From: Candidatus Eiseniibacteriota bacterium | GTDB lineage: Bacteria; Eisenbacteria; RBG-16-71-46 | Reading direction: 5' to 3' | Assembly (NCBI GenBank): GCA_031366795.1 | Contig: JANLOX010000325.1 | Coordinates: 1-11,134, forward strand | DNA length: 11,134 bases | In this document: one piece after another, positions 6,442-11,134 of the stretch | Layout of the letters: every line of letters starts with the position of its first letter | Position numbering within the stretch: the stretch's first letter is position 1 | The notes under the pieces: model-generated | What the model was told of the DNA's origin: nothing | What the model saw: the letters and a program-made list of their open reading frames with translations, nothing else | The model's database searches: none | Position numbers and translations under genes: made by a program

Positions 6442-7364
6442 GCGATCAGATCCTTCCGAGAGGTTCCGCGGGGCCGCTGTGCGAGGAGAATGCCGCGGTC
6501 ACCGAAGATGTTAAACGCGCGCGTGAGCGGGGCATTGAGCGTGTCCACCAGCCCCATCACCAGCCGTTGCGCGGCGGATTTCTCGCCGTGCGCGCGTCCG
6601 GGCGGAATCTTGGATTCGCGAAACTCGCGGACCTCGAGCCCGCACGTGCGCGCCAGGCGCGACAACGAACGCGGGGTGAATTCCCACAGGTGGTAAGGCG
6701 GCTCGCGCAGCACGATGTCGCGGCCGAGCAGACCATAGAGTGTGAGCCCCAAGCGCCGGGCGAGCGAATTCGTCGTCGTGGGTCCGCGCAGGTAGAGCAA
6801 GCCGCCGGGTGCCAGCACGCGCGTGATCTCGGTCATGACCACGCGGCAGTCCGGCACGTGCTCGAGCACATCGCCCAGGTACACCAGGTCGAACGCGGCA
6901 TCGGGGAAGTGCGCCCCCTCGAGATCGCCCTGGATGACGTCCAGCCCGAGCGCCCGTGCCTGCCCCGCCGCGTCGGGCGAAAGTTCGACGCCGCGCACCG
7001 TCCAGCCGCGGTCGGCCGCGTGCTTGAGCAGGCCACCCGCGGCGGCGCCCACCTCCAGCAGCCGCCCTTTTGGCGCGATGCGCTCGAAGTCATCGACGAG
7101 CCCGCGGTTCTCCTCGCCGAATGCGGCGGCGTCGAATGAATGCGCTTGCGCGCGCCCGCAGCGGAAGTCCCCGGCGAAATACTCGGCCGAGTACAACGAG
7201 GTGAGCGAGTCGCCCGAGGGCTGCACGCTCAGGAAGCGCATCCCGCACTCGCGGCATTCGGCGGCGGGAAACGACTGGCCGCGGAATTCGTAGCGCATCG
7301 GCAGCCGCGCGAGGGCGCGGCCGCCACAGGCGAGACAGTGCTCGAGCGTGCGGGTCGTGAACAT
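6438..7364 (-). CDS. Class I SAM-dependent methyltransferase with N-terminal CxxC...CxxC zinc ribbon
   Basis: CLAC...CREC, LLEVGAAAG, GVELS, GDVLEHVPD, LAPGG, PPYHLWEF. Start moved to ATG 7364 because the longer ORF overlaps the VOC gene. Confidence 0.92.
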   Translation of the reverse strand: MFTTRTLEHCLACGGRALARLPMRYEFRGQSFPAAECRECGMRFLSVQPSGDSLTSLYSAEYFAGDFRCGRAQAHSFDAAAFGEENRGLVDDFERIAPKGRLLEVGAAAGGLLKHAADRGWTVRGVELSPDAAGQARALGLDVIQGDLEGAHFPDAAFDLVYLGDVLEHVPDCRVVMTEITRVLAPGGLLYLRGPTTTNSLARRLGLTLYGLLGRDIVLREPPYHLWEFTPRSLSRLARTCGLEVREFRESKIPPGRAHGEKSAAQRLVMGLVDTLNAPLTRAFNIFGDRGILLAQRPRGTSRKDLIA

Positions 7365-7441
7365 GGGAGATGAGGGCGCGCGATGGGACGATCCACGCTT
7401 CGCGCGGCCTCGCGAGACGGTACCACAGGCAACGCGACCGA

Positions 7442-7855
7442 TCAGTACGTCGGCCAGACCCCGGGCGTTGCCAGCTCCACCGAGTGCCCATCGGGATCGC
7501 GGAAGTACAAGCTGACGCCGCCCGCGGACCATTCCACCCGGCTCTCGACCGCGACACCGTGCTCATCCAACCGCGCGGCCCAAGCCTCCAAGTCGGGAGC
7601 TTTGATGGCGAACGCGAAGTGCGCCGGCCCCGAGCCGTCATGCGGCGGAATCCAGCCCGTCGCAAAGGTTAATCCCTCGGTCGTGGCGCCGCGTTTGAAC
7701 AACAGCAGCACGCTGCCCTGCCCCGCGTTGATCGAGGTCATGCGCGGGCCTGCGCTCATCACGTTGAGTTCCAGCACGTCGCGGTAGAACGCCGTGGCGC
7801 GGGGCAGGTCCTCGACATAGAGGGCGGTTTCGAGAATGCGGGTGATCTGGGGCAT
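7442..7855 (-). CDS. VOC (glyoxalase/bleomycin resistance/dioxygenase) family protein
   Basis: ILETALYVEDL..A..FYRDVL, IPPHDGSGPAHFAFAI, SLYFRDPDGHSVELATPGVW. Start ATG 7855. Confidence 0.93.
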   Translation of the reverse strand: MPQITRILETALYVEDLPRATAFYRDVLELNVMSAGPRMTSINAGQGSVLLLFKRGATTEGLTFATGWIPPHDGSGPAHFAFAIKAPDLEAWAARLDEHGVAVESRVEWSAGGVSLYFRDPDGHSVELATPGVWPTY

Positions 7856-7910
7856 CAGTGACGTCCAGCGTGGGACCACCGGGCCAACTCGGTTGGATGG
7901 GACGGACGGC

Positions 7911-7929
7911 GGCAGCTTGCTATGCTGCC
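7911..7929 (+). promoter_or_regulatory. Extended -10 element inside a short inverted repeat, upstream of the TonB-dependent receptor
   Basis: TGcTATGCT at 7918-7926, flanked by GGCAGC (7911-7916) and GCTGCC (7924-7929). Confidence 0.45.
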
Positions 7930-7986
7930 ATGTTTGTCGCCGAGCCAACACTCGAATTCAATGAACCCATTGCTGCGGGAGCGGAT

Positions 7987-10146
7987 TTGCGCATCGCCAT
8001 GGCGGTTCCAGTCACCCTGTTCGTGATCGCACTCGTCCCGCTGCGCTCCGGTGCCGCAGGGGCTACGATGGGTCCCATCATTGTGCACGTCTCCAGCGAG
8101 GGCAAGCCTGTCCCCGGCGCCACCGTCCAGTGCGACAGCGTCCGACGGCGCACGGGTCCCGCGGGCACGGCATCACTGGTGATGCCGCCGGGCGCCCACG
8201 CCCTGGTCATCCGCCAGCTGGGCTTCGCGAGCGAGACGCTGCAGGTCGTGGTACGGGATGGGCCAACCCACGTCAGTGTCGCGTTGAAGGAATCGGTGAC
8301 CGAGCTCGCGGAGGTGGTGGTCGCGGCGACCCGCACGCAGTGCCGGCTGGCGGATGAGCCCACCCGCGTTGAGGTGACGGCGCAGGATGACATCGAGGAA
8401 CAGGTCGCGGCTTCACCGGGGAATGTGGCCGAATTGCTGGGCGAGGCGTCCGGTGTCCGGGTGCAGCAGATCTCCGCGGGTGCCGGCGGGGCGAGTGTCC
8501 GGGTTCGCGGACTGAGCGGCCGCTACACGAAGCTCCTGTCCGATGGCCTCCCACTGTTCGGCCTGTCCGCCGAGAGTCTGGGCCCATTGCAGATTTCGCC
8601 CGTGGATCTCGAACGCGTGGAGGTGATCAAGGGCGCCGCATCTGCGTTGTATGGCCCGACCGCGCTGGGCGGAGTGGTGAACTTCATTTCCGCCGGACCG
8701 AGCGCGCCAAGGCAGGTGTTGATTGACCACACCTCGCGGGATGGAACGAATCTCACGCTGTGGGAGACGCGACCGCTCAACGAACAATGGGGAGTCACCT
8801 TGCTTGCGAGCGCAGACCGCCAAAGCAAGCAGGACGTCGACGGCGATGGCTGGGCGGATATTCCGGCGCACGCACGAATCGTCGCACGCCCGCGGGTGTT
8901 CTGGAACGGACCGGATGGGGGCTCATGGTTCCTCACCGCCGGAGTAACGCTGGAAGACCGCGCGGGAGGGACCCTGCCGGGAGGCCGTGTCGCGAACGGC
9001 CTGCCGTTCCGCGACGCCCATGATACCCGTCGTGCGGATGTGGGCAGCGTCGCGCGGATCCATGTGGGCTCGATGGTACTGTCGCTGCGGGGGTCAGCGA
9101 CGGATCAATCCCGGTCGCGAATGTTCGGCTCGACCCGCGAACGCGACAGGCGGCAAACACAATTCGGGGAAGTGGAACTGCTGGCGCCGCGACGTTCCCA
9201 AGTGTGGGTCGGTGGAGCGAGTTTCGAGCGCGATGCCTATCGCGCGCAGGACGTCGCGCGCATGGACTTCACCTACCGGACGGCCGGCGTGTTTGCGCAG
9301 CATCTCTGGTCGCCCCGTCCTTGGTTCGGCATGAGCTCGAGCGCGCGGGCGGACTTCCACGATGTGTATGGCAACTTTGTCAGCCCGCGCGTCTCGATGC
9401 TCGTGAAGCCATCCCGTTCATTCAATGTCCGCGTGGCCGCGGGCGGTGGCGCCTTCACGCCGACCCCCTTCACGGAAGAGACCGATGCGGTGGGCCTCGC
9501 CCGGCTGCGTCCGATTGCGCTCGAGGCCGAGCGCGCCTGGACCGCCTCGGTAGACGCGGTGGCGATGGCGGGCGCGCTGGAATTCGACGCCTCACTTCAT
9601 CGTACGAGGATCGAGCGTCCGGTTGCCGTGCGAGCCGTGGCGGGCGCGGCGGGCCAACTCGAGCTCATCAATGCCGCGGTGCCCACCCGCGTGAGCGGCA
9701 TCGAGTTGTTCGCCCGGCGCAAGCGTGATCCGGTCACCCTCACGGTGACCTATGCCCTGCTCGGGGGGAGTGAGTTCGACGCTGGGGCAACCGGGCGCCG
9801 GGACCTGGCGCTGGATCCCCGGCAGACGGCCGGTGTGACCGTGGTGTGGGAAGAGGAAGACGACACGCGTATCGGTCTGGAGGCGTACTACACGGGACGT
9901 GGGTGGCTTGCGGATGATCCCTACCGCACCGTGAGTGCGCCGTACGTGTTTATCGATGGAGTGATCAGCCAGCGCGTCGGGCGTACGGTGTTGTTCGTGC
10001 ATGGCGAAAACCTCAATAACATCCGGCAGACTCAATTCGATCCGCTGCTGCGGCCCACTCCGGGAATCGGGGGCGAGTGGACGACCGATGTCTGGGCGCC
10101 GCTCGAGGGCAGGGTGTTCAACATTGGTCTCAAGTGGCGCTACTGA
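7987..10146 (+). CDS. TonB-dependent outer-membrane receptor with N-terminal carboxypeptidase-regulatory-like domain
   Basis: Signal-like segment, PVPGATV...LGF domain, EVVVAATRT, plug motifs RVRGL..RYT.LL.DGLP and LERVEVIKGAASALYGPTALGGVVNFIS, ENLNN, C-terminal GRVFNIGLKWRY. Start uncertain: TTG 7987 after GGAG, or ATG 7999 or 7930. Confidence 0.93.
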   Translation: MRIAMAVPVTLFVIALVPLRSGAAGATMGPIIVHVSSEGKPVPGATVQCDSVRRRTGPAGTASLVMPPGAHALVIRQLGFASETLQVVVRDGPTHVSVALKESVTELAEVVVAATRTQCRLADEPTRVEVTAQDDIEEQVAASPGNVAELLGEASGVRVQQISAGAGGASVRVRGLSGRYTKLLSDGLPLFGLSAESLGPLQISPVDLERVEVIKGAASALYGPTALGGVVNFISAGPSAPRQVLIDHTSRDGTNLTLWETRPLNEQWGVTLLASADRQSKQDVDGDGWADIPAHARIVARPRVFWNGPDGGSWFLTAGVTLEDRAGGTLPGGRVANGLPFRDAHDTRRADVGSVARIHVGSMVLSLRGSATDQSRSRMFGSTRERDRRQTQFGEVELLAPRRSQVWVGGASFERDAYRAQDVARMDFTYRTAGVFAQHLWSPRPWFGMSSSARADFHDVYGNFVSPRVSMLVKPSRSFNVRVAAGGGAFTPTPFTEETDAVGLARLRPIALEAERAWTASVDAVAMAGALEFDASLHRTRIERPVAVRAVAGAAGQLELINAAVPTRVSGIELFARRKRDPVTLTVTYALLGGSEFDAGATGRRDLALDPRQTAGVTVVWEEEDDTRIGLEAYYTGRGWLADDPYRTVSAPYVFIDGVISQRVGRTVLFVHGENLNNIRQTQFDPLLRPTPGIGGEWTTDVWAPLEGRVFNIGLKWRY

Positions 10147-10245
10147 GGGCGCAAGTCCAGAGGAGGTCCCATGCGTATCATGAGAGCCGTAGCGATCGCA
10201 TTGAGACTCCCGGGTCAACGGCGCGGCGGCGTCCCTAGCGCTGCG

Positions 10246-10748
10246 TCAGCTGGGAATGGTGTGCGCAGCTCCTGCCAGCCCCTCCAACGTCATGTTCTCC
10301 GCGATCACGTCGTGCGCCACGAGCGCGTATCGCCATGGCTTCCCGCCACACGAGCCGGCGTGATCGCTCGCACGCTGGCACCACAAGACGGCCGCGTCCC
10401 GCTTGGCTAGCACCTCTGGCGCCTCAAGCTCATTGCGGGCCTTCACCTCGAGCATGAACATCGTGGATTCGGTTTCGGCGACGAAGTCGGGCTGGTACTC
10501 GGGGTGGTCGGTGCCGAGGGCGTAGTAGATCTGGAACTGCCCCTTCGCGGGCCGGAACCACTTCAGGGAGTCGCGCTCGAGAATCACGGCAAGTCTGCGT
10601 TCGGCGTCTGAATGAAACTTCTGCTCGGCGTACAGGCAGCGCGAGAATCCGCCGAACAGGTACTTCGGCATGTTGCTCTTGTCCGTGGGGGACTGGCGGA
10701 AGTCGAGCACGGGATCTCCTGCCGTGGCCGTGTAGGCGCTGTCCTTTA
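10246..10748 (-). pseudogene. 3' fragment of a type III restriction endonuclease (Res-like) gene, PD-(D/E)xK nuclease domain, interrupted by an IS
   Basis: KFHSDAERRLA..LE..SLKWFRP...YQPDFVAET....LEVK...AKRDAA..WC...KPWRY matches the C-terminus of Res-type helicase-nucleases. The helicase part is missing and the frame runs directly into the IS end at 10749. Confidence 0.8.
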
Positions 10749-10755
10749 CCCCGGC

Positions 10756-10802
10756 GGCCACCTCAAAGTCCTCCACCTGTGGCCGGGTCAAAGTCCTCCA
10801 CC
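10756..10802. repeat. Two direct repeats GGCC-NNN-TCAAAGTCCTCCACC at a 25-nt period (IS21 subterminal transposase-binding repeats)
   Basis: Copies at 10756-10777 and 10781-10802. The 15-nt core is identical (10763-10777 and 10788-10802). Confidence 0.85.
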
Positions 10803-10827
10803 CAGTCGGTGACGGAACGGTGGGAAG

Positions 10828-11133
10828 TTAGGCTTGGGTTGTCCTCCTCGCAACCCGGGTTGCGGCCTCCCTCAGTCTCCAGCTCTTGCCTTCGAACTTG
10901 AGCAGGTGACCATGGTGCATCAGGCGGTCGAGTAGCGGGGCGACGACGACCACGTCCCCCAGTAGTTTCGCCCAGTCCTCGAGCGGGCGGTTTGAGGTGA
11001 TGATCGTCGAGTTCTTTTCGTAGCGGCTCATCAGCACGTCGGCGAGCTCGTCGCCGGCGGTGGCCGGTAGGCGGCGCAGGAACAGATCGTCGATTACCAG
11101 CAGCTCGGTCGCCTTCAACTGTGCGCGGTACTT
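10828..11133 (-). CDS. istB: IS21-family helper ATPase IstB, 5' end outside window
   Basis: Walker B LLVIDDL, RYEKNSTIITSNRP..DW, LLDRLMHHGH, GKSWR. Frame is open to the window edge. Confidence 0.95.
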   Translation of the reverse strand, partial: KYRAQLKATELLVIDDLFLRRLPATAGDELADVLMSRYEKNSTIITSNRPLEDWAKLLGDVVVVAPLLDRLMHHGHLLKFEGKSWRLREAATRVARRTTQA

Positions 11134-11134
11134 T

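Larger units (their letters stand above)
10749..11134 (-). mobile_element. IS21-family insertion sequence, right part (extends beyond window)
   Basis: istB followed by a terminal region with tandem subterminal repeats. It abuts the truncated res-like gene. Confidence 0.88.

Noticed and set aside
1221..7139. Long alternative-frame or antisense ORFs (e.g. 1221-1904, 2662-3435, 4231-5061, 5170-5937, 6387-7139)
   Set aside because: Shadow ORFs expected in high-GC coding DNA. They have no recognisable motifs and overlap well-supported genes.
7365..7532. 56-aa N-terminal extension of the Zn-ribbon methyltransferase
   Set aside because: It overlaps the VOC gene and is not protein-like. The family pattern begins at MFTTRTLEHC.
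7856..7986. Overlapping long starts for the VOC gene (7951) and TonB receptor (7858)
   Set aside because: They would overlap head to head across the promoter region. Recognisable domains and the signal peptide start later.
10201..10218. TTGA...TCAA short inverted repeat as an att site or terminator
   Set aside because: Only 4 bp of perfect pairing, too weak to support without comparative data.
10762..10791. TTG 10791 as the native start of a complete 181-aa gene
   Set aside because: The first 14 codons are IS terminal sequence. The rest is the tail of a much larger Res-type protein.
10756..10802. Direct repeats as a mini CRISPR array
   Set aside because: Only two copies at a 25-nt period with no room for spacers and no cas genes. 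They are explained as IS21 subterminal repeats.

Overview
High-GC bacterial window. The C-terminal TWGKIKSLYR motif suggests a Candidatus Eisenbacteria/Krumholzibacteriota-like host (inference). The left part is a SAM/methyl-cycle neighbourhood: 5'-truncated metK, a secreted protein with a putative C-terminal sorting motif, a vapBC-like pair whose PIN domain looks catalytically degenerate, and divergent ahcY with a structured leader. Converging on ahcY is a minus-strand run: VOC protein, Zn-ribbon methyltransferase, DUF1207-like outer-membrane protein and a second methyltransferase. A TonB-dependent receptor follows on the plus strand. The right end is accessory DNA: the C-terminal nuclease fragment of a type III restriction (Res-like) gene cut by an IS21-family element (right end plus partial istB). 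No rRNA, tRNA or CRISPR array was seen. Family calls rest on motif recognition by eye; no searches were run.
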